From contig MU053933.1 of assembly GCA_013239625.1 (NCBI GenBank), forward strand, positions 1,366,001-1,430,000: 64,000 nucleotides of DNA. Reading direction: 5' to 3'. This DNA is from Lama guanicoe. Lineage: Eukaryota. Positions 1 through 10,575 of the stretch are shown here, piece by piece. The notes under the pieces are model-generated. The model was not told the DNA's origin. It did no database searches and saw only the letters and a list, made by a program, of their open reading frames with translations. The position numbers and the translations under genes were made by a program. Positions within the stretch are counted from its first letter, which is position 1; every line of letters starts with the position of its first letter.

Positions 1-1196
1 GACCTCACACAGAAGAATAAGATTGGACCCTTATCTCACATCATATACGAAAACCAACTCAAAATGGATTAAAGACTTAAATGTAGGACTTGAAACTATA
101 AAATTACTAGAAGGAAACATAGGGGAAAGTCTCCTTGACACTGGTCTGAGCGATGATTTTTTTTAATATGACACCAAAACCTTAGGCAGCAAAAACAAAA
201 ATAGAAAAATGGGGTTACATCAAACTGAAAGGCTTCTACACAGCAAAGGAGACCATCAACAGAGTGAAAAGTCAACCTAAAGAAGGAGAAAGAGTATTTG
301 CAGACTATACGTCTGGTAAGGGATTCATATCCCAAATGTACATGGAACCCATACAACACAGCAGCAAAAACCCACCTGATTTTAAAATGAACAGAGGACC
401 TGAGCAGGCATTTCTCCAAAGAAGACAGACAGATGGCCAACAGATACAAGGCAAGGTGCTCAAAGTCACTAATCATCAGGGAAAAGCAAACCCAAACCAC
501 AATGACATATCACGTCACTCATTAGAATGGCTATTGTCAGTGAGACAAAACACAACGCATGTTGGTGAAGACTGGAGGAAAAAAGAACTCCTTTACACTG
601 CTGGTGGGAAATTGTTACAGTGTTATGGAAAATGGCATGGAGTTAACTCAAAAAATTAAAACTAGAACTATTTTATGATCTAGCAATCCCACCTTTAGGT
701 ATATATTGAAAGGAAATGAAATCAGATCTCAAGAGATATCTTTAGGCCCACGTTCACTGCAGCATTATTCATAATAGCCAAAATACAGACACAACCTACA
801 TGTCCACTGAAGGAGGAATGGATAAAGAAACTGTGAGATAAATATAGATATATATATGAATATTGTATGCTATTAAATTTTCTTCTTTAAAAAAAGAGAA
901 ATACTATGTGATCTCACTTATACGTGGGATCTAACATAGCAGAGCTAATAAAAGGGAAGAGTAGAATGGAGGTAGCCAGGGGCTGGGGGAGGGGAGGACA
1001 GAGAGGTTGGTGCGAAGTTTCAGTTACAAAAGATGCGTAGGTCCTGGTGCACAGCAACGTGACTGTGACATATGTTAGTACGTGCCTGAAATTTCTAGGA
1101 GGTGGATCTCAAATGTTCACACCACATGCAAGGAAGGAAGGAAGGAAGAGGAAAGGGTGATGAAAGGAAGGAAGGAGGGAAGGAAGGAAGGGAAAG

Positions 1197-1258
<62 letters not shown>

Positions 1259-1305
1259 GAAGGAAGGAAGGAAGGAAGGAAGGAAGGAAGGAAGGAAGGA
1301 AGAAA

Positions 1306-1347
<42 letters not shown>

Positions 1348-1555
1348 AAAGAAAAGAAAAGAAAAGAAAAGAAAGAAAGAGGAAGGAAGGAAGAAAGGGA
1401 GAGAGAAAACAAGCCAGCCTATCTGAGGTGGTGGATGTGTTGACTAGCTTGATCAGAGTCCATCCTTCATGATGTATAGGTACATTAAATTATTAACTTG
1501 TACTCTGTAAATATACGTAGCTTCTAATTGTCAAATATTCCTTCATTTAAAAAAG
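1..1555 (+). mobile_element. Old LINE-1 (L1MA-like) ORF2 3' end and 3' UTR, interrupted by a microsatellite
   Basis: Degenerate ORF2 C-terminus (aaaatggattaaagacttaaatgta; ttctacacagcaaaggagaccatcaacagag) and an L1MA-type tail at 1420-1555. Confidence 0.85.
1130..1409 (+). repeat. Compound (GGAA)n/(GAAA)n/(GAAAA)n polypurine microsatellite
   Basis: Directly visible; almost no pyrimidines over ~280 bp. Confidence 0.98.
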
Positions 1556-2586
1556 AAACCAGCAGTGGCTTGGCCTTGTACCCAAAGCGGGATCCCTGCT
1601 GAACCCCTGCTGCCTCTGAGAAGGAAGCCTCCTCCCACCCACACGGAGAAGCGGGTCGTAAACCTGCCAGCTCCTGAGCCTGCCAACCAGCGCACTCGGG
1701 TGTGCGGCGGGGCTCGCGCCGTGCCCACAGGAGGACGGGGCGTCGCTGCGGCTGACGCTGGGCACGTTGTTTCCCTCCTGCCCATCCCGCCGCTGGAGGA
1801 ATGGCCCCACGTCAGCGAGGGAGATGCGCGCTGTCTCCTCTCCGGATCTGAGCAGTCTCCTTTCTAGCTTAGCCTCAGTACTGAGCACTGACGTCTTCCA
1901 TCCCAGGCACCGAGGTTTTCCAAAAACAGACGCGTCTGTCTTCATGGCCTCCGGTGGCAAGCGTTCGAGCTCTGCTTCACAGATGGAAAAGGCAGAGAGG
2001 TTAATTAAATCTTTTGTTGTCCCACACGGAGTTGGCTTTGGGGCTGGGAGCAACCATGAGGCTGTCTCCCGCCGACCTGGGCTGAGCCCGGAAACGGCCG
2101 AATGTTCCTGCCCTCACGGGCAGCTCCCAGACCAGCCCGAGGGAGAAGCCAGGGTCAAATCTGCAGTGATTTGTTTCCATTCTTGTAATTTATAATTACT
2201 TTGTTCCTCTGAGTTTCCAGGAATAAAAATTTGTGCCTATCAAACAAACCAAGGAGCAAATTATATTTACATTGTTATGTGAGAAAATCTTACACTAAAG
2301 GACACACTGGGTCAGTTTCTGTCCCACATTTTAAAATACTCGGCCCTGGGGCTCACGTCCCTGCTTCTCAGCTTGCAGCCTGTCCTGTTCCCCAGGAGTG
2401 CCAGCAGCTTGTAGCCAAGGCCCCCAAGAGACCACCTCTGAGCCGAGCTCACACCAAGAGACAGCCCCTCCCTTCTCTGAGAAGTGGGAAGCTGGGTGGG
2501 TCCCGCCTCAGGGTGGCTTCCCCAGAAGCAAAGCCAGAGGCAGAGGTTTTTGGAAAGTGACTTACTGGGGGAACTGACCCCGAACA

Positions 2587-2952
2587 TTATGGGGTGAATT
2601 ATATTCCCCCAAATTCATATGTTGAAGTCACAAGTCCCAGGACCTCAGAATGTGACCCTACCTGGAGACAGGGTCTTGCAGTGATGACTCAGTTAAAATG
2701 AAACCATTAGGGTGGGTCCTAATCCAATCTGATTGGTGTTCCCCGCAGGAAGAGTCACCGGAGCGCAGAGAAAAGACCCCGTGAGCACACGGCAGCAGGC
2801 AGCCGCCTGCAAGCCAGGGAGAGAGGCCTCAGCACGCCCCCCGGCCCACACCAGGGTCTCGGGCGCCCCAACTCTGGACTGTGAGACATGTGTCTTGTTC
2901 AAGCTGCCCCTTCAGCGCCGTTCTGTTGTGGCAGCCCCAGCCAGCTACTGCA
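2587..2952 (+). mobile_element. MaLR solo LTR (MLT1A-C-like)
   Basis: Hallmarks ccccaaattcatatgttgaagtc, acctcagaatgtgacc, agggtgggtcctaatccaat and terminal ttgtggcagccc. Confidence 0.8.
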
Positions 2953-4494
2953 CAGGGAAGGCCGGAGATGGGACCGGGGAGACATCCAAGCCAGGACGCC
3001 GGGGAGGCAGCTTCAGCCTGCTCCAGCGGGGGCTCTGGATGTGAGCTGCACCCCAGGGGGGGACCCCCTTCCAGATTCACAGCAGCTGTGAGCCCCTACA
3101 GCACCCAGTTGGAGAGGGGCCGCCACCTGGCAAAGGAGATGAGGCGAGGCACCTGCAGCACCCACGGCCCCCCCAGGACAGCTCAACTGGGCCCTCGTGG
3201 AGCCGACGATCCCCGCCCCCAGCAGGGTGCCATCGGCGCCGGGACGTTAGAGGCACAGAGGAGCAGGCCAGCGCGTGGAAGCCACGTGGCTGCACACACG
3301 AGGACGATGTGGGGAGCCGAGGCCGAACCCTGACTGGCGGCAGGGTCCCTGCTGCCCCGTGTCCTCTGAACGGCGCTAGGACAGCCTGCGGACTCCTGCT
3401 TCCCCCGCAGTTCCTGTCTGTCTCAGTAGGGGACATAAACCTCTGCTCACCCGTGTTTGCCAAAGCTTTAGAGTCTTTTCCTGACGATGTGAAATAGACT
3501 TCAGTCCATGAATCGCGAATAAGAAGTATTGCTGTGAAGGAGGCCCGCTAACGCAGGGCGTGGTGAGAGCTGGAGCTTGGCTGCAGCACTGGCCGAGGGG
3601 CCGCCCACACCCACTCGAGACAGAAGTGCCGGGTTGTTAATTGCGTAAACACACACACACAGACACACACAGCAATGCTTTGGAAGGTGCTGACACTCAA
3701 AACTTGCTGTCTTTCAAGCTGTGGATTCTGCTGCAGGAGACTGAAGCTAGTGTTTGCATTTCAGCACATTTTAAAGTAGGAAATGGGTTGTGGGTCCTGC
3801 AGGCAGGGCAGCGGGGAGGTGGTGGGCAGTGATCACGGCCCAGAGACGAGAGCCTGGGGTGCGCGGAAAACCTCGCCAAGAAACAGTGCCGGGAGGGCTG
3901 CGGTCCTGGGGAACCCAGAGTGGGCCATCTAGAACCACCCTCCGGGAGGATGCAGGACACCTCCTCCTGGGCACGCAGCACAGGCCCGCTGCCCTCCCTG
4001 GGAGCTGTCTGCACGTCTGGCCTCCCAGCTCCCTGCAAACTGAGCTGCAACCCCAGCTGCACCCCATCCTGCAAGCCCTGCAAACCCACCACCGGCTGCT
4101 GGCAGGGATCCACTCGTCCACCCAGTCCCAGCAGAGACGATGACCAGGGACCCTGCAAACTATCACTGCAGGCCTGGGGAGGAGGGCTCACTCTGTGAGA
4201 TTATTTTCCTGCACTTTTCTCCCAACAATATGAAGTGGCCTCTGCGTGATGATTCCCGCTTAAAGGTACAGGGGAAAGAAAAGACGCACGGGACAGCGCA
4301 GGCAGCAGCCCGGTTTCCCTGCCCAGACGCCCGCCGTGGTGCCTGAGTGAGCACACCCTCAGCTCCTACAAACCAAACAACAGTTCTGGGGGCCTCGGGG
4401 CGACGACACGGGAAGTATCTGGAAGCCCAGAGACCACGAGGCCGGTGCAAAGGGACAGGGCCCCCTCTGGGTCCCATCTCATGGTGGTGCTCAA

Positions 4495-4600
4495 CGTGGC
4501 GCCAGCTTATTTAGGTGTCTCTGCCTCAGTCTTCTCGTCCAGGAAATGGGAGCGTGGGTGCTGCCTGCACAGTAGCCGAGACGATTAAATCAGACTCCGC
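4495..4600 (-). mobile_element. Degenerate MIR SINE
   Basis: Minus strand atttaatc...cccatttcctggacgagaagactgaggcagaga resembles the MIR core. Confidence 0.45.
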
Positions 4601-4959
4601 CAGGCCCAAGCGGGGAGCCCTCGGCGACTGCCAGCCGTCCTCGCCCCCGCCGACCTCCCATGGAGGAGCTCCAGTACACTGCACGTGATTGCCCCGGCCC
4701 CCAGGCCCACCCCTCCCCCTCCCCACTGCTCTCACCACCAGGGCAGCAGGTGCAGCAGGGCAGTGCAGTGGCCCAGGTGGCAGTGGTGGCAGTGATGCTG
4801 GTGGCCTCTACCTGGCCTTCCCCTACCCCGCACTGATAGGGGTTATGGTTGGGCCAAGACCAACAAGGAACGTTGCCTGCACTTCTGGAAGTCATTTGCA
4901 TCTCACAGCAACGACTACCCTCCGATGTCGGCCCAGCACACTACAGTGTATAAGCCCCT

Positions 4960-5085
4960 TGAACAACCACGATCTCCTCTGACATTTCCGAGGCAGGTGT
5001 AACAGTCACACTGTCCTCCCCATCTTATAGACACGAGAGCAGAGCCCGAGATGTACCAACGACTTGCCTGACGTGGCTTCAAATC
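4960..5085 (+). mobile_element. Degenerate MIR SINE
   Basis: ccccatcttatagac...gagcccgaga...gacttgcctga resembles the MIR core. Confidence 0.4.
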
Positions 5086-8000
5086 CATTCCTTCCCCTGA
5101 GGGGTCCCACTCTCCCAGGGACTGTCACCACAGATCTCAGATCTCACCCGAGTCCTCTGCGTAAACACCAGGCAGAGTGGAAGGAAAGCTGGGAACACCT
5201 CCAGGCACGAGCATTTTATAAGCAAACACTTTCCACTATTGACTGCACATGCTCAGGACAGCAGGACAAAGAGGTACCATTTCCTTTTAAATCAGAACAA
5301 AAGCAGAAGCAGTACCATAGCCATCATGATGGAAACACCTGGACCTGCTCTCTGGGCCGCCCTGACTGCCTCCGTCCTACAGAGATGAAAGGCTATTTTG
5401 TCTTCAGAAAGTGGCCTCTTTCAAAGGACCGCTTGTGTGCCAGCAAACAGCATGCACGTGCACAGCCCGCCCGGGTTAGCCCGGCCACTCAGGTTTTTCA
5501 TTATTTTCAGTTCCCAAACCTCGTGGGACGTTTTCGGTCACAGGGTTTGGGCTGCGGCCCTGTCCATTGAGATGGGCAGTGGAGGGCCTGGCCCGCCTGA
5601 GTTCCAATGTCCACATTTGGGAGAGCTGGCCCTGGTGGGTGGGGTCCCAGAGTGGACGCTTCGAGCTCAGAGCCCTGTCCAGCAGTCTGGTGAGCTGCAG
5701 CCTTTGTTCATAATGGTCTGGGATTGGTCCCTTATGCACTTGGGCGGCAACATACGTAGAAATAAGTTTCAGCCAAGAATAGGGGGAGGCGGGGGAGGGG
5801 AGGCCAGAAAGGATCCCAGCTCCAGAAGGTGGCGAGGTTTTGTCTGACTATCCACGAAGGGCTTTAAGCCCAGCCCAGCCAGACAGCTCAGCCCGGGCAG
5901 GGTGCTGGGCCTTGGCCCCCCTCCCGCCCCTCTGCCCTCTCGCTGCGGAGCAAAGGAGTCTTTGATCCCACTCCCACCCCCGACCCCAGCCTGTCCACAG
6001 CCCCTTTGTGCTCCTTTGGGGACTGGCCTGCTCCCTGGGGTCACGCAGTGGGTGAGGGGCACAGAGGGCTCTGAGCGGGATGCCATCCGCCCCGTGGTGC
6101 CGGTGCTGCTTGATTTAGACGCAGCGTGGGGTCGGAGTCACAGCTCGGAGGGCTCCGCTGCCTCTCCCAGGGAACGCAGTCCGGGGGCCTTCTCTCCTTG
6201 CGTACTTTCTCAGGGCCCCTCCCCTTCCCTCTCCTGTGTCACATTTCACGGCGCGGCCCCCTCTGCCGTCACACATGGCGTCATCCTGCCCTACCCACCC
6301 CCCGCGTCAGCTGCTCAGTGAGGCTCCACTGCGTCACACGCCTCGCATCTGCGGGGGCGAGGCCACCCCACCCCCGGCTTCCAGGGCAGGAAACGCCCAG
6401 CAGAGGAGCGGGCCCACGACCCTCTGGCGGGTCAGCCCCCATGGCCGTGGGGGCTTCTGGAGCGCCAAAGGCTTCTTCACCCACTGAGCTGGATGTGTTC
6501 CCGAGACGCTGTCTCGGCTTGAAAAAATGAATCACACAGTGAATTCTCTCGGGGAAGTGGCTGTTGGTGCTGCTGGAAAATTAAGAGTGTTCTTTTCTGG
6601 GAAAAAAAAAGAGATTATTCACTGTCCTTTGGAAAGTGAATAATCTCTTCCTAACTTCCTTGATAGGAAGACGGGTTTTGCATTCTGGGTCTCTTAAGGG
6701 GAGTCATTCCCTTGGGATCGTGTTCTGGATGGAATGTGACTGGGTGACCCCGTGGTTATTGTCCAGCGGGGACCCTGAGGGTGGGGAGGACCCAGGAACA
6801 GAGACTCCAGACAGCAGGCAGCAGCTGGACCCTCCCCGGGCCACGCGGTCTCCGAGGCCACCCTGAGCGCAAAGGGCTCCTTTGACCTCCCTTAGGGTCT
6901 GTCTGCACTGTTTTCTAGAATCACCTCCTGGGTTCAGGGGCTCTTGGTCCCCAGTCCCCAGGACAGGGGTGGGGGCCTTCCCTCTGTCCTCTGGCTACAG
7001 TCTTGTGACCTGGTTTCTAAAGCCACCAGCTCAGCAAGTGAGAGGCACAAGGGCCTCCCCCCAGAGCTCTTTTGCTTCCGGTGCTGCAGGACCAAGAAGG
7101 CCCATGGCCTTGAACTGACCGACCCAAACCCACTTCCCCGCCCACCCACCCTCATTCTGCGCTGGATGAAGCTCCTCCATCAGGCAGCAGTGGTGCAGAA
7201 GGGCACCCCTCGCGGCCGACGGGGGCAGGGGGGCCTGCGCTCAGCGGCTCCCTGCTGTACGTCAGGCCCAGGCAAACGCCCTCTGCTCCTGGGTCCTCCG
7301 AGGGGTCCAGGACCCCCCAGCGCCTATGCCTCAGAAAGCCCTTCCACGGGCAGGCTGGTGGCGGGTCCTGCGTCCCAGGAGCAGGAGCAGGGGTGGGCGC
7401 CAGTCACACGTGAGCCAGTGAAGGCACCGTGAGCAGGAATGGGTGACCCGCTTCCTCCCACATCTGGGGGAGAGACAGGCGGGGGCTGACTCAGGCCAGG
7501 TCAGCCTTTCCAGTCCCATGGGCCGTCCCCGGGACCTGCTGGGAAAGGGAACCGCTGGAAAGCGGCCGCCCCGAGGGCACGCTGCGCAGCTCAGCAGAGG
7601 GGCTCGCATGCTCAGAAGGCTTGGTGTTGGGGTCAGGACGCGCTCACCGGACCTCGAGGCGGGGGACACTCCTTGGGGGAGTAGCTGGGGGGACCCCTCC
7701 CTGGGCCTCATCCTCCAGCTCAGCTCCTGGGCCCAGGGAAGGCAGAGATCCCAGTGCCAGGCAGCACTGGGACGAGGCCCTCAGAGAGCCACCTTCCCCA
7801 CGGTTCTTGTCCCTCTCTTCCTGTCTCCTGTGCAGCAGAGAGGGGCCTGCACAATAAGATGGGGAGGGGCCGGGTCTTGCTCCCTCCCCACCAGGGGACT
7901 GGACTTCCAGGCCTGTGAGCAGCAGAGCACCCGAGTAGAAGCCACAGGAGATGGGCACGGTCGCAGAGCGAGAGGCTCAGGTGTGCGCCTGCACGGCTGG

Positions 8001-9410
8001 CTCCTCACCGCATCCTTCGCTGGGTCAGGTGCTCGCCGTCCCTGGACCAGGGCGGTCCTGGAGGATAGCCCGGGTCAGCCGTGCAGCTTCCATCCCTCGC
8101 CCCAGTTTCCCCCAAGCCCCCATCAAAGAAGACGAACCGGGTGGCCCCCCCACCCCCACCTAAGGGCTCCAACCCTGGTGGTCCAGCCCTGGTCACACGC
8201 AGCTGCAGGACGGGCCATGGACTTCTCCAGAAGTGCTGGGAGAGAGGCCCGGGCTCCAGGGGCAGAAGCCCCAAGGAGGACGGCCCTCAGAGGGAAAAGC
8301 AGGACGCGGGAGGGGTGGCAGCCTGGAGCCCAGCCTCTCCTGGTTCCCTCCAGGGCACAGGCTTTATTCACTGCTCGTCTACAGTGTGAGGACCACCTGT
8401 GGTCTCGGTCACATACTCCTCTTTGTCCTGCATTTTTACAGCCGTTTGGAATTGTGCGAACACCGTCAGCGCGGGGCCCTGCACGCACAGCCCGCACTCG
8501 CCCCTGCCTCCTGCCTCCGTGGTCAGAAAGGCCCTCTGGTCAGGCCGGGAAGGTGGGGCTGCCCACATGATGACAGTATTGCTGGGAGTGCGACCCCGCT
8601 AGCTGGACGCAGCTCAGGGTCCTGCCTTTGGAGACCCTACCGGCACCCGAGGCCCTGCTCCCAGCTGCTGGCCAGAAGAAGCACGTGCCTGGGTCCCAGG
8701 CCTCCCACCCACGCCTTGGCACAACCAACAAACGGCTGAATGGCATCAGGTTCCGGAGCCAGGCTGGCTGAGGAAACCCCCTGGAAGATCACTTGGGGGC
8801 TGGAGGGAGCCTGGCAGAGTCCTCTCTGCCCCATGAATAATTCATGATGATGGAGGACTCCCCAGGCCTGGCGCCAGCCCCTCCATGAGCCCAGCCCCAG
8901 AACTGAAGGCCAAGTAACAGCCAAGGGGGAGGGGGAGGCATGTGAGAGGAGACAGAGCAAATGGTGTCTGAAGAAGACACCGAGGGTCAGGGTGGCCCCT
9001 GGTCTGACCTGGTTGGGGGTGGACAGACTACTGTGCCAGTGGATCTCCATGGCAACCGGCCTAGATGCCACTGATGAAGAACTGGGGAGGCCGAGGCTGT
9101 TCTGGACCCTGCTGTGTAAGAGGCCCCTGGCTCGTGGCATGCAGCCAGAACCTAGCTCTGGTGCTCTGGAATTGGGCACTGCCCTTGTGCAGGGAAGACT
9201 GCTCACATTTCCTGTGAGTGGAATGCTGCCTGCCTCCAACAGACACCAGAGCCCAGCCTCAGGTCTCAGGCAGAGCGCTCCAGGGCTGCCCAGCACGCAG
9301 AGATCCCGCCCACCACCCCAGGAGGCATGCCACAGATTTTTGGTTTTGTTTTCCCTGTTCTTGGCTTCCTTCATTGACTTTCAAGTCAGCAGCTTCATTT
9401 ATAAAGTCTC

Positions 9411-9766
9411 AACCATGGAGAGAGTGAAAACCCAGTGACTGACAGGGGCTCAGGCAGGAGGGATGAGTTGGGGCTGCCTGGGGATTTTCAGGGCAGTCAC
9501 GCTGCTCTGCACCGTCCTGCAGCGGCAGACACAGTAGTCACTCACTTGTCCAAACCCACCGAGTGCCCAAGGCCAGGAGTGAGTGACCCCTGCCGTCAGC
9601 AAAGGACTCTGGGTGATGATGACGTGTCAGCGTAGGTCCATCACGTGTACAAATGGGATGGGGATGTTGCGCAGGGGCAAGGGAAATGCGAAACCTCTGT
9701 GCTTTCTGCTCAGTTTTGCTAGGAACCTAAAACTGCTCTAAAAAATGAAGTCTATTTAAAAAAAAT
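9411..9766 (+). mobile_element. Old L1 3' end (L1MC-like)
   Basis: ttgtccaaaccca, ggactctgggtgatgatgacgtgtca and ctgctcagttttgctaggaacctaaaactgctctaaaaaatgaagtctatttaaaaaa. Confidence 0.75.
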
Positions 9767-10157
9767 ACAAGTCTGAAAATCTTTCAAAATGTATCTTTCC
9801 CCAACATTCAAATTTGTGTTCATTAATAAAATACCGTATATTTAATGTTTAAATCTCTGCCAACACCCGCCTCATGGTTGCGTGACATGTTCTCATCCTG
9901 CTTGAGATGACAGAGAAGCACAAAGAGTCTCACAGCGGATGGGTGTCCCTCCTTCCCCTGTGACCTCCAGGGATGCCCAGGAGAGCACGGGAGGGGCTGC
10001 CCCGAAGTCTAGGACAAGCCCCCCACCCCTCCGCCTGGCTCAGCTTCCTGGAGACTCCCCAGCACCCTCTTCTCTCGGTCCAACTTCCACCCTTCCAGAA
10101 GCTTCCCTGACTCTGCTCTACCACCCAGGGCCTGGAAGTAGTAAGACAAAGAATACA

Positions 10158-10270
10158 GGGGGTGGGGGGTATAGCTTGGGGTGGAGCGTGTGCCTGGCGT
10201 GCACGAGATCCTGGGTTCAATCCTCAGTGTCTCTGTTAAGAGAAAAATTTTAAACAAAAACAAAAACAAA
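10158..10270 (+). mobile_element. tRNA-derived SINE (camelid Vic-1-like)
   Basis: ggggtatagct...gagcgtgtgcctggcgtgcacgagatcctgggttcaatcctcag (A and B boxes) followed by an A-rich tail. Confidence 0.8.
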
Positions 10271-10575
10271 ATTATGTCCGCAAGATGTAGGCACAAAAAT
10301 GACAGAATGAGAAAAGAAATCGCAGCAAAGGCCACATTTTAAATTCCACACACAGGACAAAATCCAAAAATAAGACGGAAATTTGCATTAATTAACCGAC
10401 AGATCTGGGTGATTCCCTTTCTTCTGCATTTTCAGCTGGATACTGCACTTGCCTCTTCACGTAACAATGATGTTACAGTATTTCCTATAAAGGGGATAAA
10501 AGGGTAACTCGGGCTTTCCTATCAAGTGGTTGATCAAAACATGTTTCTAATTATTGATAGAAAAGTTTCTTTCCT

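Noticed and set aside
1082..1443. K/E/R-rich and F/L/S-rich ORFs
   Set aside because: Translations of the GAAA/GGAA microsatellite
3920..4198. Cys-rich ORF resembling a keratin-associated protein (CNPSCTPSCKPCKP)
   Set aside because: No ATG, no KRTAP N-terminus or sustained CCxP repeats; derived from the CTGCA tract
7443..8570. 375-aa plus-strand ORF
   Set aside because: GTG start, G/P/R/A-rich with no recognisable domain; stop-codon scarcity in GC-rich DNA explains it
10165..10235. tRNA gene
   Set aside because: Degenerate stems and an A-rich tail indicate a tRNA-derived SINE; same for 22091-22200
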